This document shows, one piece after another, positions 38,236-47,263 of a DNA stretch of 64,000 nucleotides (its first letter is position 1; each line of letters starts with the position of its first letter). The stretch covers positions 64,442 through 128,441 of the forward strand of contig JBBRPE010000003.1 in assembly GCA_038228545.1 (NCBI GenBank), in the 5' to 3' direction. The notes under the pieces were generated by a model. The model made no database searches, had not been told where the DNA came from, and saw only the letters and a program-made list of their open reading frames with translations. Source of the stretch: Minisyncoccia bacterium (GTDB lineage Bacteria > Patescibacteriota > Minisyncoccia > Phycocordibacterales > Phycocordibacteraceae). Position numbers and translations under genes: made by a program.

Positions 38236-39513
38236 ATGTCTAAGCGCGTTGAACCTGAGATTGAGACTTTTGCACGCATCCGCGTGGTGGGCGTAGGCGG
38301 TTCTGGTGGCAATGCAGTCAACCACATGATCAACTCCAAAGTGAAGGGAGTTGAGTTTATCGCGGTTAACTCCGATGCTCAGGACCTACACCGTTCACTC
38401 GCTAAGCGCAAAATCCACATTGGTAAGAATCTCACCCGCGGTCTCGGCACCGGAATGAATCCTGAGCTCGGCAAGCGTGCTGCTGAAGAGACTCGCCAGG
38501 AAATCCAGGAAGCTCTACAGGGTTCCGACATGGTGTTCATCACCTGCGGTATGGGTGGCGGTACTGGTACCGGCGCATCCGCAGTTGTCGCGAAGATGGC
38601 GAAGGAAATCGGTGCACTCACCATTGCGGTTGTTACGCGCCCATTCTCATTCGAGGGAGCACAGCGCAAGGACATCGCTGAGCATGGACTCGCAGAACTC
38701 AAGAAGGAAGTAGACGCCTTCATCATCATTCCAAACGACAAGCTTCTCGCTATCGTTGAGGCGCAGACCTCTGCAAAGTCAGCATTCGCTATGGCCGATG
38801 AAATTCTTCGTCAGGCAGTGGAGGGTGTTTCCGACATCATCACGACACCGGGAGAAATCAATACAGACTTCAACGACATCAAGACCATTATGGAAGGAGC
38901 TGGTCCTGCACTCATGGGTATCGGTATCGCTGACGGCGACCGTCGTGCACAGGACGCAGCCGCTATGGCCGTCAATTCTCCTCTCCTCGATGTCTCTATC
39001 GCAGGCGCGAAGGGCGTACTCTTCGTTGTTGCAGGCTCCGACGATCTCGGCATTCTCGAGGTGCAGGAAGCAGCTAAGGTTATCAGCGACTCCGTTGATA
39101 AGCAGGCACGCGTTATCTTCGGTATCATGCGCGACGAGAAGCTCAAGAAGGGCCAAATCCGCATTATCGTCATCGCTACCGGATTCCCGGAGTCTGAGGC
39201 AGCTGACACGGGCTCAAATGGCCCTGAGCGCTCGCTCTTCGCGATGCCGGCCAAGGAACAGGAAGAGAGTCGCGGAAAGATTTTTAACGACGTCATGAGG
39301 CGCGAGGCAGGCGTAGAGCCAGCCCCGGCTCCGGCCGTCGAAGAAGCTTCTAAGGAGATTCTTCGCCGCGAGGAGCCCATCGTAACGGCTCAGCCAAAGC
39401 CGCGTGATGAGACCCCGAAGACGGTCACTCCCCCATCGGCAAACAAGCCCGCTGAAGAAGAGGACGACGCCTGGGGCGCCATTCCAAACTTCCTCCGCCG
39501 TCACAAGAAATAG
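38236..39513 (+). CDS. ftsZ: Cell division protein FtsZ
   Basis: GVGGSGGNA, GGGTGTG, C-terminal IPNFLRR. Confidence 0.97.
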   Translation: MSKRVEPEIETFARIRVVGVGGSGGNAVNHMINSKVKGVEFIAVNSDAQDLHRSLAKRKIHIGKNLTRGLGTGMNPELGKRAAEETRQEIQEALQGSDMVFITCGMGGGTGTGASAVVAKMAKEIGALTIAVVTRPFSFEGAQRKDIAEHGLAELKKEVDAFIIIPNDKLLAIVEAQTSAKSAFAMADEILRQAVEGVSDIITTPGEINTDFNDIKTIMEGAGPALMGIGIADGDRRAQDAAAMAVNSPLLDVSIAGAKGVLFVVAGSDDLGILEVQEAAKVISDSVDKQARVIFGIMRDEKLKKGQIRIIVIATGFPESEAADTGSNGPERSLFAMPAKEQEESRGKIFNDVMRREAGVEPAPAPAVEEASKEILRREEPIVTAQPKPRDETPKTVTPPSANKPAEEEDDAWGAIPNFLRRHKK

Positions 39514-39520
39514 ACCGGCA

Positions 39521-39556
39521 ACAAAAAGAAATCCCGCTTTGCGGGATTTCTTTTTA
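39521..39556. terminator. Intrinsic terminator after ftsZ
   Basis: AAAAAGAAATCCCGC-TTT-GCGGGATTTCTTTTT. Confidence 0.85.
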
Positions 39557-39594
39557 CACAGGTCAAGTCAACTTAACTTTGCTATACTGCGCAC

Positions 39595-40518
39595 ATGAAA
39601 GATCTCATCATCATCGGCGGCGGACCAGCAGGAATTGCAGCAGGAGTGTACGCAGCGCGTAAGCGTCTGCGTTCCTGCCTTATTACCGAAACTATCGGTG
39701 GACAATCGACTGATTCACTTGGCGTGGAAAATTGGATAGGCACTGTAAAGATTGCCGGCATAGATATGGCTAAGGCATTTCGTGAGCATCTCGACGCATA
39801 CAGAGGCGATATTGTTGAAGTAGCTGAAGGCGAGCGTGTTGCAAAACTCGAGAAGACTGAGGCAGGATTTACAGCAACCACAGTAAGCGGTACGACGCAT
39901 AGCGCTCGCGCCGTACTCATCGCTTCCGGAGCCGCTCGGCGCAAGCTCGCTATTCCTGGCGCTCTCGAATACGAGAACAAGGGTGTTGTGTATTGTGCTT
40001 CCTGCGACGGACCTCTCTTCGCAGACCAGGACGTCGCAGTCGTCGGCGGTGGCAATGCTGGCCTTGAGACCTGCGCGCAGCTTCTCGCCTACTGCAAGAG
40101 CGTCACGCTCATACATCGTCACGACATGCTGAAGGGAGACAAGATAACCGTCGAGAAACTTTCCTCAAATCCTAAGTTCAAGACGATTTGTAAGTCCGAA
40201 CCCTCGGAAATAACCGGTGATAAATTCGTTAGTGGAATGAAGGTAAAAAATCGCGATACAGGTGAAGAGATTTCACTTGCGGTCACGGGAGTGTTCGTGG
40301 AGATCGGCGTCATTCCTAGTACTGATTTTGCTACAGGACTTGTTGATATGGACGAAGTAAAGCGCATCAAGATAGACGCGAGGAACCAGCACACGAGTGT
40401 GGATGGCATATGGGCTGCCGGCGACTGTACCGACGAGCTTTACCATCAGAACAATATTGCCGCTGGAGACGCCGTGAAGGCCCTCGAGGACATTTACCAG
40501 TACCTCATGGCGCATTAG
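39595..40518 (+). CDS. trxB: Thioredoxin reductase/AhpF-like FAD oxidoreductase
   Basis: GGGPAG, CASCDG, GGGNAG, AAGD. Confidence 0.85.
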   Translation: MKDLIIIGGGPAGIAAGVYAARKRLRSCLITETIGGQSTDSLGVENWIGTVKIAGIDMAKAFREHLDAYRGDIVEVAEGERVAKLEKTEAGFTATTVSGTTHSARAVLIASGAARRKLAIPGALEYENKGVVYCASCDGPLFADQDVAVVGGGNAGLETCAQLLAYCKSVTLIHRHDMLKGDKITVEKLSSNPKFKTICKSEPSEITGDKFVSGMKVKNRDTGEEISLAVTGVFVEIGVIPSTDFATGLVDMDEVKRIKIDARNQHTSVDGIWAAGDCTDELYHQNNIAAGDAVKALEDIYQYLMAH

Positions 40519-40568
40519 CGGCACATACAGTCTTCGGCCACCGATTTCTCGGCGGCCGTTGAAGGTAC

Positions 40569-41063
40569 TTATTGTCTCCGTTCATGGAGAAACGGAAAGG
40601 GGTAAACATTTGCCGGTAGCCGATGGCGTTGGTCGTCGAGATTATCCGGGATAAGCACCCAGTTCGCCATACTACCGAAACCGATACACTCGTCGTCGGT
40701 TAGAAACCGACGCACGGAAATCACTCCGATACTGCGAGCTCCCGCAAAACTTGCGGAGAGCATCGACGATAGCAACGATTGCGCGAATAGAAGTCCGCCA
40801 ACAATGACAACATGCCGACCGGCGGTTTCGGAATACGTGCGGTAGTCGCAGTCTGCATTTCGTCCCTCGGCGAACGTAGCTGCGTGCAGTTCGATTCCTC
40901 CCTCTTCTCCTGGCCAGAAGATGATTGTCTCTTTTTCATCAGATGCCCACTCGACCAGGTCGAGTACTTCTGCACACACGTCTTGTAAACGCGTGTGCAT
41001 ATACAAGTGACTACAGAGGCAGTTGCACGCACTCTTGACGCGCTCTTTAGAAATTCCTGACAT
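40569..41063 (-). CDS. Hypothetical protein
   Basis: ORF with SD-like AAGGGG; GRHVVIV segment faintly PRTase-like. Confidence 0.4.
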   Translation of the reverse strand: MSGISKERVKSACNCLCSHLYMHTRLQDVCAEVLDLVEWASDEKETIIFWPGEEGGIELHAATFAEGRNADCDYRTYSETAGRHVVIVGGLLFAQSLLSSMLSASFAGARSIGVISVRRFLTDDECIGFGSMANWVLIPDNLDDQRHRLPANVYPFPFLHERRQ

Positions 41064-41177
41064 AACGTCCCCTTGTTACAATTCCGTCCAAGAACAGTGG
41101 ACCTGCTCCTACCCTAGCATGACGAGAAAAGTAAAAACCACCCGTGAGGGTGGTTTTTACTTCGATTGTCGAGTGGC

Positions 41178-41294
41178 TTATGCAGCCGCCTCGTCAGTCT
41201 CCTCAGCAGGCATGTCGGTAGCAACTTCTTCTGCTTCCGTACCCTCTTCCATAGGATCAGCGGCAACGCCGTCCTTCATTTCATCGTCCATCAT
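41178..41294 (-). CDS. Small highly acidic peptide, 38 aa (not in ORF track)
   Basis: MMDDEMKDGVAADPMEEGTEAEEVATDMPAEETDEAAA; terminator at 41133-41158; alternative start 41327. Confidence 0.55.
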   Translation of the reverse strand: MMDDEMKDGVAADPMEEGTEAEEVATDMPAEETDEAAA

Positions 41295-41428
41295 AGTGAT
41301 TTGGGAGAACAGCTCATTCCTTGGCATAAACCAAAAAATAAAGCCGTCCAATTAAATTGGCTGGCAATCGACCTACCTCTGAAGTGTACCGTCCTGAGTA
41401 TGGGAATGCAATGAAGCTTCATTCGTAA

Positions 41429-41578
41429 GCAAGAAAGGTCCGCAGCCCGACACTCAGAAGTCGGGTTTTGCGTTGTCGTCTCCTAGCGAAATATGCCTAG
41501 AGCGCTTCGCTAGTCGGCATATTTCTTCTCGACTCTGCGCAAAACTACTCTGTCTTCGGAATAGCGGACCTTTCTTGC
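41429..41578. repeat. Palindromic repeat family A, copy 2
   Basis: 15-bp terminal stem of different sequence; conserved interior. Confidence 0.9.
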
Positions 41579-41621
41579 ATACTCATTCCGTACTGAACTT
41601 TAGCCATGAGAACGGAGCGAG

Positions 41622-41782
41622 CGGTCTTGAAATAAAAGAATTTCCTGTAAGCAGCCGTAGAATACGAAGCCAGCGAGGTGAGTCATCCGACCGAGGTCTT
41701 CGAGTGGCGGTGCGAGCCGATGGCTGGCGACTTATTCTACGTGTCGCCCTGGAAGGCGGAGTCCTCTTTTATTTTAAGATTG
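41622..41782. repeat. Palindromic repeat family B, copy 1
   Basis: GAAATAAAAGA...TCTTTTATTT ends; near-identical to 56197-56350. Confidence 0.9.
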
Positions 41783-42979
41783 CGAGCGGAGCACCATATC
41801 CCAAATAAGTGCCGCTACATTCCGTGGTTCCCCCTCAAACGGCAAATGATGATTATCGAAAAACGGCATTGAATTACATTCGATTACTCCGCATCGCTCC
41901 TGTTCCTTCCAGGACTTCGTAATGTCGTCGATGATGAAATCAATGCCCACAATTGATGCCTTAAGCACCCGCGCCACTTCTTCAAAGAGTTCCGCGTTGT
42001 CCGGATGTACGTCATCAGTAACGTCAGCCGTCGTACCTCCGACGCCCCAGTTTATTTTTTGATTGAGTAGTACTTTCTGGCAGTTTTCAGGAATACTGGA
42101 AAAGGTCATCTTTTGCCAAGCAAGCTCTTTTTCTGCATTGTCATCGAGCTTCATCTGGTGGAAATACGGTCCACTACGCTTCGGGTTCTTATTCGCTTCT
42201 TCTACGAGTTCAGCCACGGTGTGCGTGCCGTCACCAATAACGTATGGCTGGTCACGCCGCAGTGTTGCTGCCAGTTTTCCATCGACAACGGTCGCGCGAT
42301 ATACCGGGCCCACCAGCTCCTCTTCTATGACGGCTGCAGGGCAAATTTGAGTAGCAATCTTAAACGCGCGTTGGAGTTCTTCAAGAGAATCAATGTGCAA
42401 TAGCGTGTGGCGAGAGCCGGAACCGGAATACGGCTTCACAATAACAGGTGGTGTAAGTCCGTTATATATCTTCTTGGCTGCCCACCAATTACTTGCTGAG
42501 CCTCCGCGGGCGACCGGCAGTCCCAGCTTTGAGAAATGTTTCTTAAGAAGTGCTTTATTATCCAGCCATTGAACACGTTGTATAGAGCGCGGTGGAAGCG
42601 GTATACCCTCGTACACTATCTTCTTCCCATCGGGCAATCGCGCCATAAATATATTGCGCGGTAGATTAAAAAGACGTACTTCTTCTATCTGAATTCCACG
42701 AGTATCAGCTTCCTTCCATAACATGAGCGCAAGAAGTTGTGTGCTGTCGTCGGGCCGAGAGATGCGTGTGGCCCAGCCAAGACGCATAAAAAGCTCAAGC
42801 AAGTATGGCGTGAGAGCACGCTCTATGGCGGACGCTCCTTTGCCAAGCACGACCCCGACAAAGCCTGGGTCAAACATGGCGCGCATCGAATCATCGATGA
42901 GAATCGTGTAGTACGTCATCCCGTGAAAGATAGGATCGCCACCGCACTCGGCACACGCTTTTGCTTGAGGCATATTCAT
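41774..42979 (-). CDS. ATP-grasp ligase, cyanophycin synthetase/GshAB-like domain
   Basis: PVIVKP, YRATVVDGK, VIGDGTHTVAELV, DVTDDVHP, GIDFI, VIECNSMP. Confidence 0.8.
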   Translation of the reverse strand: MNMPQAKACAECGGDPIFHGMTYYTILIDDSMRAMFDPGFVGVVLGKGASAIERALTPYLLELFMRLGWATRISRPDDSTQLLALMLWKEADTRGIQIEEVRLFNLPRNIFMARLPDGKKIVYEGIPLPPRSIQRVQWLDNKALLKKHFSKLGLPVARGGSASNWWAAKKIYNGLTPPVIVKPYSGSGSRHTLLHIDSLEELQRAFKIATQICPAAVIEEELVGPVYRATVVDGKLAATLRRDQPYVIGDGTHTVAELVEEANKNPKRSGPYFHQMKLDDNAEKELAWQKMTFSSIPENCQKVLLNQKINWGVGGTTADVTDDVHPDNAELFEEVARVLKASIVGIDFIIDDITKSWKEQERCGVIECNSMPFFDNHHLPFEGEPRNVAALIWDMVLRSQS

Positions 42980-42983
42980 AGTG

Positions 42984-43298
42984 CTAATCCTTCCACGCCG
43001 ACGACATCAAATCGACTTTCTCACCTCGGAACGCTACTCCCTCTTTTTGAAGCATTTGTTTCTTGGTCGTAATTCCGTTTCCGAAGGCGTAGCCGGTGAG
43101 CGCGCCGTTTGCAGCAACAACACGATGGCACGGCACTGCTTTCGTGTCGTTGTTTTTACTCATTATCATTCCGACAGCGCGTGCAGCACCTGGCTTTCCC
43201 GCCAGACTCGCCACCTGTCCGTATGTTGCAGCTTTCCCTTTTGGGATTCTTGTTACGACAGCTCGTACACGCTCGGTAAACGTACCTATCGTTTTCAT
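42984..43298 (-). CDS. MGMT-family DNA alkyltransferase (C-terminal domain only)
   Basis: IPKGKAATYG, ARAVG, VPCHRVV. Confidence 0.9.
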   Translation of the reverse strand: MKTIGTFTERVRAVVTRIPKGKAATYGQVASLAGKPGAARAVGMIMSKNNDTKAVPCHRVVAANGALTGYAFGNGITTKKQMLQKEGVAFRGEKVDLMSSAWKD

Positions 43299-43356
43299 AT
43301 ACCTATTTTACCGTGTCTTTCGAAATCCAGAAACAAGCACTGTGTGTGGGCTATAT

Positions 43357-43512
43357 CTAGATATGGAATGCGACACCGAGATAGTACGGCCAGATAATAA
43401 GTGCGAAAACCGCTGGCCAGAGAGTCAGTTGCAAATAACCGACGGTAAACAACCACGCGGCAATCCAAACACCTCCCCACAAACTATGGTGCTCTACTTT
43501 TATTTTTTCCAT
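43357..43512 (-). CDS. Small Trp-rich membrane protein, 51 aa (not in ORF track)
   Basis: MEKIKVEHHSLWGGVWIAAWLFTVGYLQLTLWPAVFALIIWPYYLGVAFHI. Confidence 0.7.
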   Translation of the reverse strand: MEKIKVEHHSLWGGVWIAAWLFTVGYLQLTLWPAVFALIIWPYYLGVAFHI

Positions 43513-43557
43513 ATACCTAGTATAGCAACGGAAAATCCGCCCGAAGGCGGTTTCCAG

Positions 43558-43746
43558 TTGCGGAGAGGGAGAGATGTGTCCTCACAAGAATGAGGCACGC
43601 ATCGGTCACAGATATTTTTCTGCTGAAAAATTCCGCGACCCCGCCTCGGCGCCGGCGCGCCTCCGGCTTTCGAATCTCCCACGTCCAGTCCCCAACTGGA
43701 CTCCTCTCCACAAATGAAAAGACCCGCCTGTGCGGGTTTTCATTTG
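43558..43746 (-). repeat. tRNA-Ser-anchored element with 67-nt core
   Basis: Antisense copy 43669-43720 split by a TGGGG-loop hairpin; core 43576-43642; direct 3' copy 43558-43575. Confidence 0.88.
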
Positions 43747-43833
43747 CGGAGAGGGAGAGATTCGAACTCTCGGTACAGTTTCCCATACGCCACATTTCGA
43801 GTGTGGTGCCTTCGACCACTCAGCCACCTCTCC
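43747..43833 (-). tRNA. tRNA-Ser(CGA)
   Basis: GGAGAGG...CCTCTCC-G, loop CTCGAAA, long variable arm. Confidence 0.95.
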
Positions 43834-43998
43834 AGGTTGCTTCGCACACGGGGTGGCTTCGTGTCCTGCTCGGACACTCCCTTCGGATGAATTGTAGCCC
43901 CGCTACAATTCATAGCCACCTCTCCAGAGTCGAACGTTCGTAATCCTAGCATTTATGGCCCTAAAAATGTAGGATGTATCTGTTCCGACCTTATATAA

Positions 43999-44070
43999 GG
44001 TCCCATCGTCTAACGGTTAGGACGCGGCCCTTTCACGGCTGAAATCGGGGTTCGATTCCCCGTGGGATCA
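43999..44070 (+). tRNA. tRNA-Glu(TTC)
   Basis: GGTCCCA...TGGGATC-A, loop CTTTCAC. Confidence 0.95.
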
Positions 44071-44259
44071 TGAGACACGAGCCGCCGCAAGGCGGTTTTG
44101 TGCTACATGGTCCCACGAGCACGATGTGGGACATCGTGCGGGGGAATCGAAACGCGGAGCCGTGTCGACGGCGAGCGGGGGTCGACCAAAATTGTAGCAA
44201 CGATTTATGGGTGACCGATGCGTGCCTGATTCCTATCTGGACACTTCCCCGTGGGATCA
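44071..44259 (+). repeat. tRNA-Glu-anchored element with 67-nt core
   Basis: Antisense copy 44108-44151 split by a TGGGA-loop hairpin; core 44178-44244; direct copy 44245-44259. Confidence 0.88.
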
Positions 44260-44328
44260 CCAGTTCCGTCAATCTCGCGTTTGAGCACGATACAGTAAGA
44301 GCATCCTTACTCATTCGTCACCTAGTGT

Positions 44329-45342
44329 ATGAAAGCATCCCATATCGTACTTACCTCGCTCGTGTTTGCCGTTGTTGCCTTTTCCGGCGTCGGTGTAGAA
44401 ATAGCTAATGCACAGACGTCTACAAAGACCTGTGTCTCACTCTCGAGCAATATCCGCTACGGGACGACCGATGCGCGCACTGATGGCGACGTAAGCCGCC
44501 TTCAGGCGTTTCTTGTGACCCAGGGCCTTTTCAATCAGAACGACATGGGTACGCTCCACTTCGGACGCATCACGCTTGCATCCGTCGTAAAATTCCAAGC
44601 CCTAAACGGTCTCCCAACCACTGGATACGTCGGTCCTATGACTCGGTCTGCAATTAGCTCCATTACTTGTGGCGGAACTCCTACCTCGCCCGTGTCGCTC
44701 TATAGACTTAACCCGGGTATCAGCGCGGTCGGCTCAACAGTTTCTATTACCGGCTTCGGCTTCACGGCTAACAACACGGTTCTTATGGACGGTAGTGTTG
44801 CGGCACGCGACGTACCCATAACGTCTTCCATCGCCATCGCCTGCACAACCAGCCCGTCATGCCATGGCGGAATCAATCAGACGATTCAATTCACCATTCC
44901 GTCCTCCCTTGCACCAAACTGCCCTATCGGCTCCATGTGTCCGATGTACATGCGCCTCGTAACACCTGCTACGTATCAGATAACGGTTCAAAATGATAAT
45001 GGCACTAGCAACACGCTCTCATTGGTAATCGGCACACTGAACGGAACCCAAACACTTTCCATTACGAGCCTCGATGCTCCATCGTCACTCTCGAGTGGCC
45101 AGACCGGAACATGGACCGTACATGCGCAGTCGTGGGCGAACATGAATCTTCACTACTCGGTGGTATGGGGAGATGAAGTAAGCTATGGCGTGACTTCAAA
45201 TGTTGCGGCTATGGAAACCACATCAAGTTCTGCTACCTTCACACACGTATACTCTCGCGGAGGTACCTATACACCCACGTTTACCGTTACGGATGACCAA
45301 GGCCACAACGTGACCGCATCCAATACCCTCACGGTCTACTAG
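44329..45342 (+). CDS. Secreted protein with peptidoglycan-binding, IPT/TIG-like and PKD-like domains
   Basis: DVSRLQAFL...FQ...TGYVGPMTR; VSITGFGF; VWGD...FTHVY...GTYTPTFTV. Confidence 0.8.
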   Translation: MKASHIVLTSLVFAVVAFSGVGVEIANAQTSTKTCVSLSSNIRYGTTDARTDGDVSRLQAFLVTQGLFNQNDMGTLHFGRITLASVVKFQALNGLPTTGYVGPMTRSAISSITCGGTPTSPVSLYRLNPGISAVGSTVSITGFGFTANNTVLMDGSVAARDVPITSSIAIACTTSPSCHGGINQTIQFTIPSSLAPNCPIGSMCPMYMRLVTPATYQITVQNDNGTSNTLSLVIGTLNGTQTLSITSLDAPSSLSSGQTGTWTVHAQSWANMNLHYSVVWGDEVSYGVTSNVAAMETTSSSATFTHVYSRGGTYTPTFTVTDDQGHNVTASNTLTVY

Positions 45343-45346
45343 CTCG

Positions 45347-45967
45347 CTAGAGTCCGAGTTCTTCCCTACTGATTGCCCCTTCACGGAGAATATAGGGTGT
45401 GCCATCGATAAACGTAACCACAGTAGAGGGTGTCCCGCCCGCACGCTCTCCAGCGTCAATCACCATGTCTATGAGATGCGAGAACTGTCCGAATTGACTG
45501 AGTATTTCTTGCACAGTAGCCAGTGTTTGAAATCCCGAACGATTTGCAGATGTAGCGGTAATAGGCCCATCGAGTGCGTGCGCGAGTGCACGAGCAAAGT
45601 CTTCGTCCGGTATACGCACACCCACCTGCCCATTCAACATGAGTTCGTCAGGAAGATGGCTCCTACCGGGGACAACAAGAGTGAGCGCTCCAGGAAGATG
45701 TCGTTGTATAAGTTCACGACCCTTCTCGTGCAGCTCGGTGTGTTTTTCTACTGCAGTCATATCCATAAGCACGATTGAAATTGGTTTCTTTTTTTCACGT
45801 CCTTTGAGCTCACGAAGTGTCGCAAGTGCTGGCCGATTAAGTGCGTCCACTGCGAGGCCGTAGAGTGTATCCGTTGGATAGAGCACGATGCCACCTTTCT
45901 TAAGGACATCACGAGCGCGCGACAGTGCCGTGTCGAATGTATCCTCGCTGAGACGGATAATTTCCAT
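45347..45967 (-). CDS. tsaC: L-threonylcarbamoyladenylate synthase
   Basis: YPTDTLYGL, LKGR, PGALT, TSANRSG, LREGAI. Confidence 0.92.
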   Translation of the reverse strand: MEIIRLSEDTFDTALSRARDVLKKGGIVLYPTDTLYGLAVDALNRPALATLRELKGREKKKPISIVLMDMTAVEKHTELHEKGRELIQRHLPGALTLVVPGRSHLPDELMLNGQVGVRIPDEDFARALAHALDGPITATSANRSGFQTLATVQEILSQFGQFSHLIDMVIDAGERAGGTPSTVVTFIDGTPYILREGAISREELGL

Positions 45968-46009
45968 ATATTGAATACTAGGCTAAGAATTGCTATTCTG
46001 CGAGAGTTC

Positions 46010-46051
46010 TGCGCGGTTACCTGCCTGCCGGCAGGCAGGGCTCAGTTGGTA
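46010..46051 (+). repeat. Copy of tRNA-Val 5' end interrupted by a 20-bp palindrome
   Basis: TGCGCGGTTA[CCTGCCTGCCGGCAGGCAGG]GCTCAGTTGGTA versus 46069-46090. Confidence 0.85.
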
Positions 46052-46069
46052 AGTTGAATGTGTGAATAT

Positions 46070-46142
46070 GCGCGGTTAGCTCAGTTGGTAGAGCGCGTCA
46101 TTGACGTTGACGATGTCGGGGGTTCGAATCCCTCACCGCGCA
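46070..46142 (+). tRNA. tRNA-Val(GAC)
   Basis: GCGCGGT...ACCGCGC-A, loop TTGACGT. Confidence 0.93.
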
Positions 46143-46237
46143 CAAAACGAAGTCGCCTCAAGCGTAAGCTTGGGACTGCTATCGTTTTGCAGTAGCGGTG
46201 AGAGATTCGAAAACCGTGCGACTGAATCCCAGTATTT

Positions 46238-47263
46238 TTAAACTCTCGTCACATTCCTCCAAAATATCTCCCCCGCCTTCTTCCACGAAAACTGTTCCGC
46301 TTTCTCACGACAGGCAACGCGAGACAGCGTAAGACATTTAAGAGCCGCTTTTTCTAGGTCGTCACTGAGTACACCGTCCACACCATTCGTGATAATGTCG
46401 CGCGGACCGAGAACATCGTGCGCGGCTACCGGCACACCACATGAAAGCGCTTCTATAACGACAAGCCCGAATGTATCAGTACGAGATGGAAACACACATA
46501 CATCTGATGCAGAAAGCCAGTCAACAAGCTCCTGCCCTTTTTTGTAACCCAAAAAAGTAGCGGACTTGGCATAGCGCTCGCTGAATTCTTCGAGTTGAGG
46601 ACCACCACCGATAACCACCTTGGTACCAGGTAGATTGAGCTGTAGAAATTCTTCAACGTTTTTCTCATGGGCAACGCGTCCGACATAGACAAAAAGCGGA
46701 CGTGGAAGCACCTTCGCTTCTGCAGGCGTTCGCTCTTCGTTCCGAACAAAGAAATCTATATCAACGCCGTTTGGTGTTATGACGACATTCGTATTCTTTC
46801 GTTTCTCAAATTCACTCGCGAGGGTTTGCGTGGCCACAAATAATGCCTTAGCGGGAGCGTGGAACCAATGCAGATACCAGTACGCAGGCTCCACAAAGAG
46901 TTTTCCAAGAAAGACGTAGTGCTCCACATACAACGGCCAATTCGTATGGAAGTAGGTAGTGAACGGAATATTGTCTTCAATACATACGTTACGTGCGCTG
47001 TAACCAAGCGATCCTTCCGTGGATATATGAACATAATCCGGTTTCTCGAAGCGAATATGTTCCCGCATTCCGTGTTTTGGAAAGAGCGTAACGGAGACCT
47101 CAGGATAGATAGGGAGAGGACTCACGAGTGAAAAAAGTCCGGGATGCACAATAGTAACCTCAACGCCTTTTTGTTCGAGTTCTTTTTTTATATTTTGAAT
47201 ACTCGTAACGACACCGTTCACTTGAGGAGTCCATGTGTCCGTTACGATAAGCAGTTTTGGCAT
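46238..47263 (-). CDS. GT4 family glycosyltransferase
   Basis: TDTWTPQVNGV, YVGRVAHEKN, FPSRTDTFGLVVIEA. Confidence 0.92.
   Translation of the reverse strand: MPKLLIVTDTWTPQVNGVVTSIQNIKKELEQKGVEVTIVHPGLFSLVSPLPIYPEVSVTLFPKHGMREHIRFEKPDYVHISTEGSLGYSARNVCIEDNIPFTTYFHTNWPLYVEHYVFLGKLFVEPAYWYLHWFHAPAKALFVATQTLASEFEKRKNTNVVITPNGVDIDFFVRNEERTPAEAKVLPRPLFVYVGRVAHEKNVEEFLQLNLPGTKVVIGGGPQLEEFSERYAKSATFLGYKKGQELVDWLSASDVCVFPSRTDTFGLVVIEALSCGVPVAAHDVLGPRDIITNGVDGVLSDDLEKAALKCLTLSRVACREKAEQFSWKKAGEIFWRNVTRV

Noticed and set aside
41473-41808. ORFs sharing RVAVRxDGWRLILRVALEG (41473-41808 and 56197-56820)
   Set aside because: Translations of repeat family B, overlapping real genes on the opposite strand
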